A stretch of DNA of 64,000 bases from the NCBI GenBank assembly GCA_028534125.1, contig CM052818.1:45634001-45698000 (forward strand), in the 5' to 3' direction. Both the position numbers and the translations under genes were made by a program. Source of the DNA: Lama glama. Its lineage: Eukaryota. The notes below the pieces were generated by a model, which was not told the DNA's origin, made no database searches, and saw only the letters and a list, made by a program, of their open reading frames with translations. Positions 1-12,397 of the stretch are shown here, one piece after another; within the stretch, counting starts at the first letter, position 1; every line of letters begins with the position of its first letter.

Positions 1-443
1 ATTCTAAACTGCTCGGAACCCAGCAAAGAAAGGGGGCCCACCATGCAGGGCTGGGTCTTCCCTCTCGTTCCAGGCAGGGCTGAGGGGGTGGGGGGTGGAG
101 GAGGAGGTGGGGTGAGGGGCCCAGAAAAGACCCTCCAATACCTAAGACAATTTTCTACTTTAATCCTGGAACTGTTTCTAAAAGGCCTACATCAATGGCT
201 CACTTTTGGGGTTAAGTCAGTGAAGATCTGTTTTACAAACACACGTATCTGAGAAACCCAGGCTTTTCAGGTTGGGGTGTGACTGCCTTTGGGGGCTGGG
301 CTGTGGGATGCCAGGCGGTACACAAAGCCATCTGCTAGATGTTGTGTCTTCCTGGCGTGCCCTTTGCTCACAGACTGGGAGGGAAAGCATGATTTTTATG
401 TTAAAAAAAATATGGATATCTTTTGGAAGTGAATGGAAAAAAA

Positions 444-463
444 GTGTGTGTGTGTGTGTGTGT
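444..463. repeat. (GT)n microsatellite
   Basis: Run of gtgtgtgt... directly after an A-tract. Confidence 0.9.
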
Positions 464-1343
464 AGGGGAGGTGTGGGTTTCAGATTACAACCAGGAATCT
501 TCAAGGACATTTCTAGTTTGCGGGCAGACCCCCTGAGATACACTAAGACACTCCCACCCTCCAGGCACACTCATTCTCAAACTTCTGCCACCAGGGGCTC
601 TCGAGTGGAAAGTCTGAGCGACCACTTTATTAAGTTATACAATCCATCAGTGCCTAGTGCTTGATCAGGTTTAGAGCTGGCCAGTCATGGGGCATCAGGG
701 ACTGGCACTGGGGACCTCCAAGCTTGACCTCTTGAGCCCAGGGAAACATGTCCACCTGCCCAAGGAAACGAAGCTTGGCCCAGAGTCCACTGATTCCACT
801 CTGGACACTTTCCTTGAACTGTTGGGGAAGAGACTGAGATCCTGACCTGGCTACCAGGACAGACCACAGCTGGTGTTAAGGAATGATGTTAAGTCTCCAT
901 CCGGGAGACCAGGGGCCTCTACGGCAGCCTCCCATGGAAACTCAGAGGAGGTGGGAAGGAGAGAGCCTGTGTCAGAGCCTTTCAGGGAGAAACCCTGCCT
1001 GTCTTTGGACTTGGAGTTGCAGGCATGAGTGGGGCACCTCAGGCTGCGTGCAGGAGTCCTGGGGTCAAGTTTGCCCTCTGGCTGAATGCTTTTAAGCAAG
1101 TCCCACCCCCCATGAGCCTCACAGTGTCCCCTGGGGAATCATTCCAAGGTCTCTCCCAGCCTAGACCTCTGGGCTGCAGACTCAGATCTGCCAGAACTGG
1201 GAAGGACAGAGCACGGTCCCAGAGGCAGTCAGCCAGAAGCTGCCTCCAGGGTGTGTCTTCCTGGAGGAAAGGGGGGCCAGTGCTCTTGCCACAGGGACGG
1301 ACTCTGGACTGCCCAGCCTGCTGTCCCAGGACCTCTGTCTACC

Positions 1344-2940
1344 TGTGGTCAGCTAATAGCCCCCAAAGGCACCCAAATCCTAATCCCGGAACCTAGGGAT
1401 GTTACCTTCTGTGAAGAAGGGGTCTTCACATGTGTGATTAAATTAAGGATCCTGAGACTGGGAGATTATCCTGGACTACTGAGTGGACCCTAAACACAAC
1501 CACAGGTGTCCTTCTGCAAGGGAGGAAGAGAGAGCTTTTACCAGAGAGGAGAAACAATGTGAGGACAGAGCAGAGAGAGGTTTGAAGATGCTTGGCGGCT
1601 GGCCTGAAGACGGAGGAAGGACCACTGAGCCAAGGAAGTGGGTTCTCCCCTTGAGCCCCACAGGCACTGGATTTTAGCCTCCTGAAACTGATTTGAGACC
1701 TCTGGCCTCAGAACTCTAAGAGAATAAATGTGCGGGGGTTTTGTTTTTTGATAGACTTCATTTTTTGGAGCAGCTTTAAGTTCAAAGCAAAATTGAGCAG
1801 AGAATACGGAGATTTTCCATATACCCCCTGTCCTCACGTATGCACAGCCTCCCCATCACCAACACCCCACCCCCAGAGTGGGACGTTTGTACCTGTACTG
1901 ACACATCACTACCATTATCACCCAAAGTTTATAATTTATGTTAAGGTTCACTCTTGATGGTGTACATTGCACAGGTTTGCACAAATGCATGATGTGTCTC
2001 CACCTTTATAATATTATGCAGAGTACTTTCACTGCCCTGAAAATCCTCTGTGCTCTGCCTGTTTATCCTTCCCTTCCCCAAACTCCTGGCAACCACTGAT
2101 CTTTTTTACTGTCTCCTCAGTTTTGCCTTTTCCAGAATGTCATGTAGGTGGAATCATACACTAAGTAGCGTTTTCCAATTGGCTTCCTTCACTTACTAAT
2201 AAGCATTTAAGTTTCCTCTATGTTTTTTCTTGGCTTCATAGCGCATTTCTTTTTAGCGCTAAGTAACATTCCATTGTCTGGATGTTATCACTGTTTATTT
2301 ATCCATTCACCTACAGAAGGACATCTTGATTGCCCCCAAGTCTTGGCAATCATGAATAAAACTGTTATAAACATCCATGTGCAGGTTTTGTGTGGACACA
2401 AGTTCTCAGCTCCTTTGGTAAATGCCAAGGAGTACAACTGCTGGATTGTTTGTTTAGTTTTGTAAGAAAGCACCCAACTGTCTTCCAAAGTAGTGCACTA
2501 TTTCCTATCCCCGCCAGCAATATTTGAGTTCCTGTTGCTCCACATCCCCTAGGAATTCAGTGTTGTCCGTGTTTTTGATTTTAGCCATTCTAACAGTTGT
2601 AGAGTGGGACCTCATGGAGGTTTTAAACTGCAATTCCCTAATGACATACCTTGTGGAACATCTTTTCATATTTTCATACACTTACTTACCATCTGTATAC
2701 AATCTTCTTTGCTAAGGTGTCTGTCAAGGTTCTGGGCCCATTTTTTAATTGGGTTGTTTATTTTCTCACTGTTGAGTTTGAAAAGATCATTTGTATATTT
2801 TGGATGATAGCACTTTAGCAGCTGTGTCTTTGGCAAATCCCTCCTCCCAGTCTGTAGCCTGGTTTCTCATTATCTTGAATGTGCGTTGTTTCAAGCCGCC
2901 AAGTTGGTGGCAGTTTGTCGCTGTAGCTAAAGGAACACAC
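1344..2940 (+). mobile_element. MLT1 (MLT1D-like) ERVL-MaLR solo LTR, split by an L1 insertion
   Basis: Typical MLT1 text (cctaatcccggaacct...gtgattaaattaaggatcctgag...ggagattatcctgga...gccaaggaa...agaataaatgtg) stops at 1734. It resumes at 2878 (aatgtgcgttgtttcaagccgccaagttggtggcagtttgt). Confidence 0.85.
1735..2877 (-). mobile_element. LINE-1 3' fragment (L1MC-like), 5'-truncated
   Basis: T-rich tail at the left end and L1 3'UTR/ORF2-end text (ttttgccttttccagaatgtcat, gaaggacatcttgattgc, tgtggacacaagtt). Flanked by the 8-bp direct repeat AATGTGCG at 1727-1734 and 2878-2885. Confidence 0.9.
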
Positions 2941-2974
2941 TCTCTGAGAAAGAAATTGTCCTCAAGTGTGATGA

Positions 2975-3652
2975 TGATACCGGAAAAGCTAACGTGGGAA
3001 ATGAGGGAGACCGTGCCCCAGATCTCAGCTGAGTTCCGGGAACGAGGCCTGGGGCATGCTCCACCGAGGGCGGGTCCTTGGCTTTGCGCAGGAAAGCATT
3101 CAGGAGCAAACTACAGTTGAGTAAAGACAGATTTATCTAGAGAGATACATACTGCATAGAGTGCAGGTTGTTTCAGAAGGTGAGAGAAAGGCCATGAGGA
3201 ATGGGGGTTGGGTGCTCAGGTTAAAGGAGAAGTAGGTACACACTCCATAGACAGAGCGCAGGCTGTTTCCAAAGACGAGGGAGCGAGAGAGGCGGCGAGG
3301 CTCAATGTTGCCAGTTTTTATGGGCTTGGTCAGTAGCTTCACATGCCAACAAGTGGGAGGACCATTCCAACTACCCTGGGGAAGAGGCTGGGATTCCCAG
3401 GAATTGGGCCAACACCCGCTCTTTGACCTTTGATGGTTAGCCTTGGAGCTGTCATGGCGCCTGTGGGCATGTTATTCACAGTGCTAATGTATATCAGCGA
3501 GAGTATAGTGAAGCTCAAGGCCTACTGGAAGTCAACTCTCCTGCCATCTTGATACTCAAGGCCTACTGGCAATGGAATCTTCCACCATTTTGGTGTTAAT
3601 TGCCGTGTCATTCCTTGAATGGCTGTGCCCTGCCCGCTTCCCTCCTGTCTCA
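2975..3652 (-). mobile_element. ERV1-class solo LTR, copy A of a four-copy family
   Basis: TG...CA termini and flanks ATGA/ATAA (4-bp TSD, 1 mismatch). Aligns by eye with 14771-15346, 39996-40577 and 47579-48098. Confidence 0.9.
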
Positions 3653-5199
3653 ATAAGACGTGAATAAGCAGAGCCCCGGTGTCCCCACACTTGGCTAAGC
3701 TCAGGAGCGAAGGGGCCCATGTGACTGGCAGAAGATACAGTGAAGCAAGGATCAGTTAAGGACGATGCCAAGGGCTCCCCAACAAAAGTGGGGGGTGCGA
3801 GTGCTGGCGGGACTGAGAAGGGCAGGGGCCACGTCATTTGGAGGCTGACACCCCACCCCCTCACTGCCCTGCACCATGGAAGCATCTGACAGCCATCAGC
3901 CCTTGGAACCAGGTCCTCATAGATCTCAGAACAGGGCAGATCGAAGCATGTAAGTCCTTTCAGCTGATTGTAGAAATCCTGTAACTTTTAGATGCTCTAG
4001 TCTCCTCGCATACCCTGCCCTGCCCAGACTCCTTCAAAACTTCGGCCAGCCTAGCTTTAATGGCCTGTGGGCCCCCTGACCCCACAGACTCATCTGAGCA
4101 TAGCTGCAGGCCCATGGGCTCACCTGAACTCTGAGACATCCGTGGAGGGTCCTGCCCGCAGCCAGCGCTTGGCGGGCTTTGAGCCTGACTTTCTAAAAGC
4201 CAACTTTCCCTACACCCCTCACCACCCACCCCCTTCCTTGGAAAGGCCCAAACAAGGCCTGACAAAAGAGAACATGAGGCACAAAGGCAGGAAGGGGGGA
4301 CCTGGAAAGGTTTGTAAAGGACAAATGAGAGAATCCGAAAATAGAAGAAGCAGGTATATGACAAATGAAGGCTTGAACATGAAAGGGAAAATAGGTTAGG
4401 CCTCAATTAGAGGAAAAGAAGATTAATTTCCTGACTTTTTCATCCCTTCTTCTCTGCTGTCACCGAAAGCTGAAATATCAGCAGTCACAGATTTTACAGA
4501 AAAGGTGAGGAAACTAAAACAGGAAAACCCCCCATTAACCTGAGTCCAGACCAACCCTCCCTTCCCCCGGTTCTAATGTCTGAAGCGCTCTCTTAACAAG
4601 AATCCTTTCAGTGGATTTGGCTTTAATCAGGAAACAAAAATTGCTTCAAGAAAAGGAATAAGCTTCCATGCGGGATTAAGGAGAACCACCCCTCCCCGTG
4701 GGCTCAAGGACCTTTCCTGTAACCTGGCCCCAGGCCTCTAGCCCCTCTCCCTTCCAATCCCCAGCCCCACCAGGGGATGGTCTTCCCGTGGAAGGCTTCT
4801 GCGTAGGTCCCTCCTCTGCTCAAAGCTCTGCTGGCGGCTCCCCATTGCCCCCGGAACAACGGCCTCGTTCCCTGGACGTGAGCACTCGGGCTCCTGGATG
4901 AGCTCCTTCCTCTGTTCAGAGGCTCCTTAGAGGTCCTCCTCCCCAGGTTTTTCACCTCCGCTTTTTGCACTTCCATGGCCTAAATTCCCACCAGTGCATC
5001 CATCTGGATACACACTTGGATGTCCCTCAGGCCACCTAGTCTCACTCCTCTGCACACTTCCTCCTGCTTTGGTCTTCCCTGCCCTGGTTCTCCCAAACCT
5101 AAAGCCTGGCGTGGCACAGGCTGTGAGCTGACCCCCAAGTCCGTCACCTCTTCCCCCTGGACGCAGGGTTTGGACTGCATTTCCCAGCCTCCCCTATAG

Positions 5200-5620
5200 T
5201 TGGTGTGGACCTGAGAAGGCATGGGGCCTGAGGAATCTGGGCAGAAGTGATTTGTGGCTCATCGGGCCTGGCCCATAAAGCCCTCCCCCTCCACCTCCTC
5301 CAGGGCTTCTTTTCCTAGTGGTCCTAGGGGAGGTGGCCCCCAGGTGACCTTGGGTAATCACGCATCAAAAAGGGTGGTTCTGCAAGATGAAGGAAGCCTG
5401 GATCCCCAGGTCACTGCTCACAGCAGGGAGGCCCTGAATGCGAAGATGGAGGAGACGACCCTGGACAGGCTGAGCCCAGACGGGTCAGCTGACACCACGC
5501 TCGCTTCAGAGCAACAGCTAACTGAGGCAGCACTGCTTTTCCGAGATTCCAGCCACACTACTGGAATAGAGGGTTCTTTCTCCTCTGGGATTTGGCTTAG
5601 GGCTGGGAGCAGCTGTCTTT
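5200..5620 (+). mobile_element. Degenerate MLT1 (MLT1J-like) LTR
   Basis: ggcctggcccataaa...gcaagatgaaggaagcctggatcccc motifs typical of old MLT1. Boundaries are uncertain. Confidence 0.5.
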
Positions 5621-5851
5621 TCCTCTAAGTGCAGAGCGTGCTCTGAAGCAGACACACAAGGGCAGCAGAGACCAGCGGAATCAGAACAGGAGGAGACAGA
5701 GGGTGCCCAGGGCAGATACCTAAGGCCTGCACCCAGCCTCTGGACGCCCCACTCAGGCGAGCCCGAGACCAGCCCTCTGTGGTCTAGGTTTCCACAGGCA
5801 ACTGAAAGGCTCCTGGCTCTATTGGGGGCAGTGGGGAGAAGTGGGGTGCAA

Positions 5852-5937
5852 TTTTATTTTTAGAGGAGGTATGGGGATTGAACCCAGGATCTTGTGCATC
5901 TAAGCACACACTCTACCACTTGAGCTATCCCCTCCCC
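5852..5937 (-). mobile_element. tRNA-derived SINE, camelid Vic-1 type
   Basis: Reverse complement reads GGGGAGGGGATAGCTCAAGTGGTAGAG...CCTGGGTTCAATCCCCATACCTCC followed by an A-rich tail. Pol III A and B boxes are present. Confidence 0.9.
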
Positions 5938-7758
5938 TCTACATTTCTTAAGACGTCTCCCTCTATCCTAGCCTCTCAGGGGCAATGACTTAATTCACCA
6001 GTATGTCTCCAAAGCGTAGCACAGTGCAGCAACAGAGCTTGCGTTTAATCACTGTTTATAAACTTTCTGCAGTAAGTGTTCAATCAGAAAAAATGATCCG
6101 GTGTTGTCTGATTTAACCAGCAAAGTCACAGGATCCTATGATTGATGGTGGAAGCATATTTTTCTAGAAAAATCCAGGCCTCAGTTGGTCTCCTGATTCT
6201 CATTCCAGTCCAGTTTGCTTTCTGCTATGCTACAGGTTTTGATCGATAAACCCAAAAGCCTGCATTCTCAGTTCACAGAGGCTTGACCACAAAATCAACA
6301 AAAATGTCCAGGAGCGAGTTGGGGGTGGTGAAAAATGGCCAAAGAAGGAAGGAACGGGGGAACCGGGGAAGCCAGGCGGGGTGTGATTTACCGACAGGGA
6401 GAGCATTGCACGGGGCTTTGCAGAAACGGAGGACTGTTTAAAAGGCGATAATTTGTTCAGCTGTAATTGCAGGTCTCTGCACTGATGGAAGCTCTTTGTG
6501 TTCCTAGAGAAATTTAATAAAGCAATAACAGTTTTAATAACACCACTCCCAATACAGTTCATCCCACCCCTGGGTGCCAGACAGTCAAGGTGCGCCCTGA
6601 AAACGAGCATTATTCATCCTTCTAGAGGCTGGCTGTGCCCTGCGGCTCGAAAAGCTGACTTTCATTTTTCCTATACGTTGTCAGAGGTGACATGACTGGG
6701 CTGGGTAAACTGAGTCAGGGGGTGTCCACTGCACTTTGAGGGGGCGGGGTGGGGAATTTTCAGAGGTCCTGGCTTCTCTATTGACCCCAGGTGCCTGTTG
6801 GGATCTCTCCAGCCGTGCCCAAGCTCCAGGACTTAGCGACAGGCTAGGGCGAGAAGGCCCTTTGGATGGAAATCGTGCTGACAAGGACGCCTTCACGGGT
6901 GCTGCTGTGAGGGTCCGGGAAGGCAGTCCTGTCGGGCACCTGGCCAGCCCCTCCCCACACATCTGGACACAGCAGTCCCAGCACAGGCCTCTAGGGCCCC
7001 TCCTGGGTGCAGGTGCCTGCGCCCAGGCGGGGCCATCCTTAGTCCACCTTCTTGCCTTCTGGGCTCCCCACCAGCCGCCTCTCCCCCAGGGCTCAAAATC
7101 AGAACCAAGGAAGCAAAGCTGAGTTTATAGGCTGCAAAGGAAATGGAGGCAGAGGCCTTGGCAGGACACTTGGGGCCCGTCCATAAGGCCACATTGCAGA
7201 GAGAGGCAGTGATTGGGTCCATTCTGGGCCCCCCAAGATGCAGACCCAGATCAAAGATGTTTCTGTGCTCGTCAGCCCAGAAGGTTCTAGGGTCCGAGCA
7301 AACTCCATCACCTCACTCAGCACAGTATGTCATTTGGCGTGCACTCTGATTGCTCTAGGCAGTTTCTGCCAGCGCTCTGGTTGAGGGCAGATTCACCTGT
7401 GGGCTTGCTTCGTCTCACAGGTGTGTGTGACCTTGCAGCGTACACCTGGTTCAAGTCTGATGCAGGTTTGTTTACTGTGGTCACTTAAGGAACAGGAATT
7501 ACTGACCAACGTAGCAACTGCCATCCTGTTTCTTTCTGTGTTAAGATAGTGTGTGGTGGTATTAGGAACCTTGCTACTTGGCCACAAGGCCGGCAAAGTC
7601 CAAAGGTTGACCAGGGATAACTTTGATCCATCACATTTAAAGGAGAGGGTCTGGGATGCTGACGGGGGAACTGGTGCTGGTGGCCAGTGTTACTTTCCTC
7701 CTGCTCATCTTTCGCCGCCTATTGAAACTCCACTAGGATGGAGACCCCTGCCTTGTCC

Positions 7759-7869
7759 AGAGTGACTGATGGTCCCAGTTTTCCTGGGACTGTCCTGGGT
7801 TTAGCATTAGAAATCTTCAGTCCCACAGAATCCCTCAGTCCAGGGCAAACCAGGATGGTTGTTCACTTT
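7759..7869. mobile_element. MER94-like hAT MITE
   Basis: Imperfect palindrome agagtgactgatggtcccagttttcctgggact...agtccagggcaaaccaggatggttgttcactt. Confidence 0.75.
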
Positions 7870-10800
7870 GGCCAGCCCAGGACACACATATAGTAGACAC
7901 TCAACAAATACTTATTGCATGAATACATAAATGCCATTTAAATTTAATACTATCTGATTTAACAGACTCTATTAGACAGATACATAACAATCACCCTGTT
8001 TCTCGTTGAGCTGAAGTTTGCAACTTTGTATTAACTGTCTTGACCTGATCCTCCTGCATCTGGAAGACAATTAGAGGGATGGGGAGGTAGGTATTGCTCA
8101 TAAGAAAGCCAAGGCCACTTACCTACCTCCCACTCAGAGAAGTCAAGGCAGCTCCCCGAGGCCAGCATGGTGGTGGCGGCCCCAGGAGGAGGGTGAGGAC
8201 TTGAAGGAAGTGTGAGTTTCCTGATCCAGGCTCTTCCTCTCTTCCTGTGGAGCCGCTCCTCCCAGAGCTTGCTCAGACCTCTGGTGTCCTTTCTCATAAG
8301 AAGGCACATGACAGTTACATTTTGTCCTCAGATTTCTTGAAAGCATTTTGACAGAGGGTGAGGTGGGAGTGGATCCCAGATAAAACGGCAGCCCTGTTCG
8401 CAGGAAGGGAGCCCATGGGGAGTTCAAAGTGCCAAGGGAGGCAGCGGGAACTCACATCACACAAGTGTGAGTGTGACCGGTTCCCAGCCCTACAGCCTCA
8501 TGCACCAGGAACGTAAGTTCTGGTTTTGATTCCAAGAAAGATCTAAGTACAGCCCGGCCAACTCAGCTTTCAGCAGAGACTAAAACTGCTTCCCCTTCCT
8601 CCAAACTGTGCACTCACTCACTCGGCATCCTGAAACTGAGTGGGCAGAAATCTCTTTGGATGGAGTCTCACTTGTTTCCAGAAGGTCAGAGAAAGCTTCC
8701 CCGGCCGCACATCCATCCTTCCTGGCCCACAGAGAGGTCACCCCTGGTAGCAAGAGCGTCACCATCTTCCTAGACACAGAGGTGGGTAGGATCCATCTTT
8801 TTGAACTCTGGGGAGAATATTCTGGATATCCCCAGCAGGCTGTGATGTTCAGCAAGTCCATTACACACATGTGTGCCCAACACAAGCATCTAACAAGCTA
8901 CGTTGGCTGAAGGCCTGGGGGGCCTGGGGGCCCTGGCTCAGCACAGAAATGCCATACAGGACCCTGGGGTTCAAACACGAGCAGTGGGAAGAGCAGAGTG
9001 GATGAGAACAGGGCGGCCACTGAAAGGATTTGCAGCAGATTCTGCCTTCTGTTCCGTGCCCCTACCCCGCCCTCTAGGCCTTGGGTGGCCCTTTTTCCCT
9101 CTCTGCAGTCACCCCATGACGTCCCCGCGCGATGTTCATCCGGTAACGCTCCAGCTGTGTTGCGTGTTGCTGGACCTATCTTGACACTGTTACTGTGTTC
9201 TTCTTCTTTTTTTTTTTTGCTTGGGGCCACACTGGATAAGATGGGCTTGCTGATGGGAGGGTGCTAAGCAGTGCCCAGCAGATAAGGACATAACACATGG
9301 GTGGTGGCAGAGGTGCTGGTGAGGACCCCGGGGTGGGGGTCATGAGGAGGGATGGGGGCACGTAGGGGTGGTGACAGCAGAGCTCAGGGCTCGGGGAGTT
9401 CCAGCTCAACCTGCAGATGGAGACAGCCAGGTCTGCTCTCAGCTGTGAGGGTCTGGGCCTGTGATGGCAGGTCCATTGCAGACTTTAGCACCTTTATGTC
9501 CTCCAGGCACCAGATCAGTCTCTTTCCAACCCACAGCCTGTCTCAGCCCATCCCCTCATCAAGGGCTACGCATGATCATAAAAGCAAAACTCTAGGAAGA
9601 ACATGTTTCTGCTTGAGGCCTTTGGAATGACAGCTTGAGGGGAGCAAAACTTCAGAGCCTGGGTACTGGTTGCCTTGGCAGTTAGGGGCACGTGCACGGA
9701 GGAGAGCGGGCACTGGTGTGTGCAGCCTGCCCCTGGGAGGGATGGCAGATCAGATCACCTTCCGGACTTCTGTTTCCTGGTAATGGCTCATCCGGTAGGC
9801 TGGGGGTCCCCAGGGAATCCTCGCCTGGGAACGCAGTGTCCATTTACCCCTTGGGGAGTTGTGTTTGGGGAGCGCTGACTGGATGCTTAGCTGCCACAAA
9901 GCACGTTTCCAAGAAGAAGGCTCCATCAAGCAAGCTGGTGTGCAGAACTTGAGTGCTGGTCCTCGTGGCTGCTGGTCACCATGGCAGCCTGGCACCCACC
10001 CTTGGGAGCTGCTTCATGGTCCTAATCACATCATGGGATGCTGGGGCAAACCCTGTAGGGGCTAGGACAACAGACCCCCTAGGATGGGGTGTTGGGAGCA
10101 GGGACAGGGACGAGGAGCAAGAAAGGTCCATCTCTGCATCTTCACCAGGTCCTGAGAACCTGCTCCGGCTGCCTTGAGAACCATGGGCTGCAGGAGCCCC
10201 ACGCACCTGCCTCCCCCACTGGGTCCCTCAGGCTTTAGTCTCAGGCCAGACAAAGTGTCCAGCAGCAGGTGCACACAGACACATACCATGTACGTACACA
10301 CCACACACATACCACAAGCACTACACACACACACACAAGGAGCCCAGCAAACAGCTCCCTGCTGGAAAAGTTTTCGAGAAAAGTCGGGCAGCTCCCCACA
10401 GCTCCTCTCTGGGTCTGCTCAGTGCCTCAGCCCAGCTAGCATGAGGGCTACTAGTGTGTGGCTGGTGGCTGCCCAGCCCCCCTCGGCCCAGCTGTGACTC
10501 ACCCCACCGCAGTTGGCAGCAGCCCTGCCAATTAAGGGACAGGAAACCATCCTGGAGGCCACAGAGTCAATGTGGCCAAGACAGGGGGTGCGGGGGTGTC
10601 AAGAGGCCACTCTGAGCCCACATCCCACCCTGCAGGGACAGCACCCGCACCGCCTGCCCGGGGAGAGGACACTGGGCTGGGCCCGGCCAAGGGCCCATCA
10701 GGCCTCAGGGGCTTTGCTAAGGCCCTGCTGAGTCAAGAAAGGGCCCAGAAAGCGAGTCTTTCCAATGGGTTCTGGCACCTGGGAGGGAGGAGGAAGCCTC

Positions 10801-11499
10801 TCTTCAGGCCAGGGGTGTCCTCCTGAGGGCCGTTAGGGGTGTCTGGACCGCCTTCTCCCTGGACTCGCGGGACCCATGAGGGGCACGTCCTGAAGCCCTG
10901 TTCACGCTTTCTTTCCTCATTCCAGATGCCACCTTCTCAGGGGGGCTTCCCCGACCCACCCTACCTGATACCCCCCCAATCTGCTCTCTCACCCCATCCT
11001 GTCCCTTGCCTCGTGGCAGTGGTCACAGTCTTTCATCTCATGTACTTGTGTGTACTGTCGGGCAGAGCGCTCAGACCCTACCAGGTCCTCTGTGAGCATC
11101 TGCAGCTGCGAGGGGAAAGAAATGGGGGAGAAAACGAAGGAAGGGAGAAGAAGGACCACGTGTAGAGCAGCTTCCTGCGTCTGGGAACTGCAGGGGCTCC
11201 TCCACCAGCGTCTGCTGCTAGTCCTTCTAGGGCCCGAGGCTGCTGTCAGTGGGGAGGTGGGGGCGGGGACGGGACCCTGTCTTGGTGTTGTCACGGAGGC
11301 GCCTCCATTACTTGGCATGGCCAGATGGTAACAGCTCTCACTCAGAGCAAGGTGCTTTCCGACAAGCCTTTTTTCCCACTGCCAACGTGCACTGCCCTCA
11401 GTCCCTGGAGCTCAGCAAGAAAATAGGGCAGGCAGCTCCCTAGGAGCATGGAACCCTCCCCTGGCCCACCTGCAAAACGTGCACAGAGTTGAACAGGTG

Positions 11500-12185
11500 A
11501 GGCAGATCCTGCTGCTCCTTTGCTTAAAACCCTCTGGTGGCACCCATCTGGTTCAGACCAGACTCCCTGCCATGGTCCGCATGGTCTGCCATGATCGGCC
11601 CCCGAGCAGACTTTGTTATCCAGCACCCGACCCCTGCTCCCACTGCTCCAGCCTCTCTGTGCCTTGACATCCCCCAGCACGGCTTCCTCAGGGCCTTTGC
11701 ACTGCTGTTCCTTCTGCTGCAGTGCCTCCCTCAGGCTCAATCACCTCTGGCCCGTCTCTGCTCAGAGGCCCCCGCTTCTGCCCTATAGAGGTTAGCAACA
11801 GAGCCTGTCCCCCTCCAGCCACCAACACAGCCTGATTTATTTTCTCCCATTTCTTTTTCAGTTTTAATGCTGTCTTCGAATGCCTTAGCCTTAAATTTTT
11901 TTTTATTGAAGTATGGTCTGTTTACAGTGCTGTGTTAATTGCTGGTGCACAGCACAGTGGTTTGGTTACATATATATTCCTTTTCATCTTCGCCTGCTTT
12001 GTTTTCTGCTTAGCCCTTTTACCGCCTGACATATTTTCATTTGTCTATTTACTTCTTTCCCCCTCCCTCAAATGCGAGTGGAAGGGGGCAGGGTTTATGT
12101 CTGTTTTGCTCAGTGCTGACTCCCTCTCTCCCTCTGGAACGGCCCTAGCGTGTAATAGGTGCCCAAACAATATTTATTAATAGAA
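11500..12185 (+). mobile_element. LINE-2 3' fragment
   Basis: cagggcctttgcactgctgttccttctgc plus a typical L2 tail (taataggtgcccaaacaatatttattaatagaa). Confidence 0.7.
11896..11988 (-). mobile_element. Very short L1 3'-end fragment inside the L2
   Basis: Poly-T followed by attgaagtatggtctgtttacagtgctgtg. Matches the reverse complement of the L1 3' end near 50030-50085. Confidence 0.75.
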
Positions 12186-12266
12186 CAAAGAGCAGACAGT
12201 GTCTCCTCAGCCGGGTACTTGGCATATAAAAGGCGATCAATGGATGCCCTGGCCGGGACCTGCACA

Positions 12267-12397
12267 TACGGTTGCCAGATATACCAAATAATAATATAGG
12301 AGCCAAGCATTATTTGGGATATATACAAACAAATTTTTTGGTGTTTATCTGAAATTTATGTTTAACTGAGTACCCTTCGTTTTATCTGGCCGCCCTA
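12267..12397. mobile_element. MER53-like hAT MITE
   Basis: Terminal inverted repeats tacggttgccagat...atctggccgcccta and an AT-rich core (gtttatctgaaattt...tttaactg). Confidence 0.75.

Noticed and set aside
142..248. Minus-strand segment bounded by AG and GT like an exon
   Set aside because: Stop codons in all three frames and only weak splice signals. It cannot be supported without transcript data.
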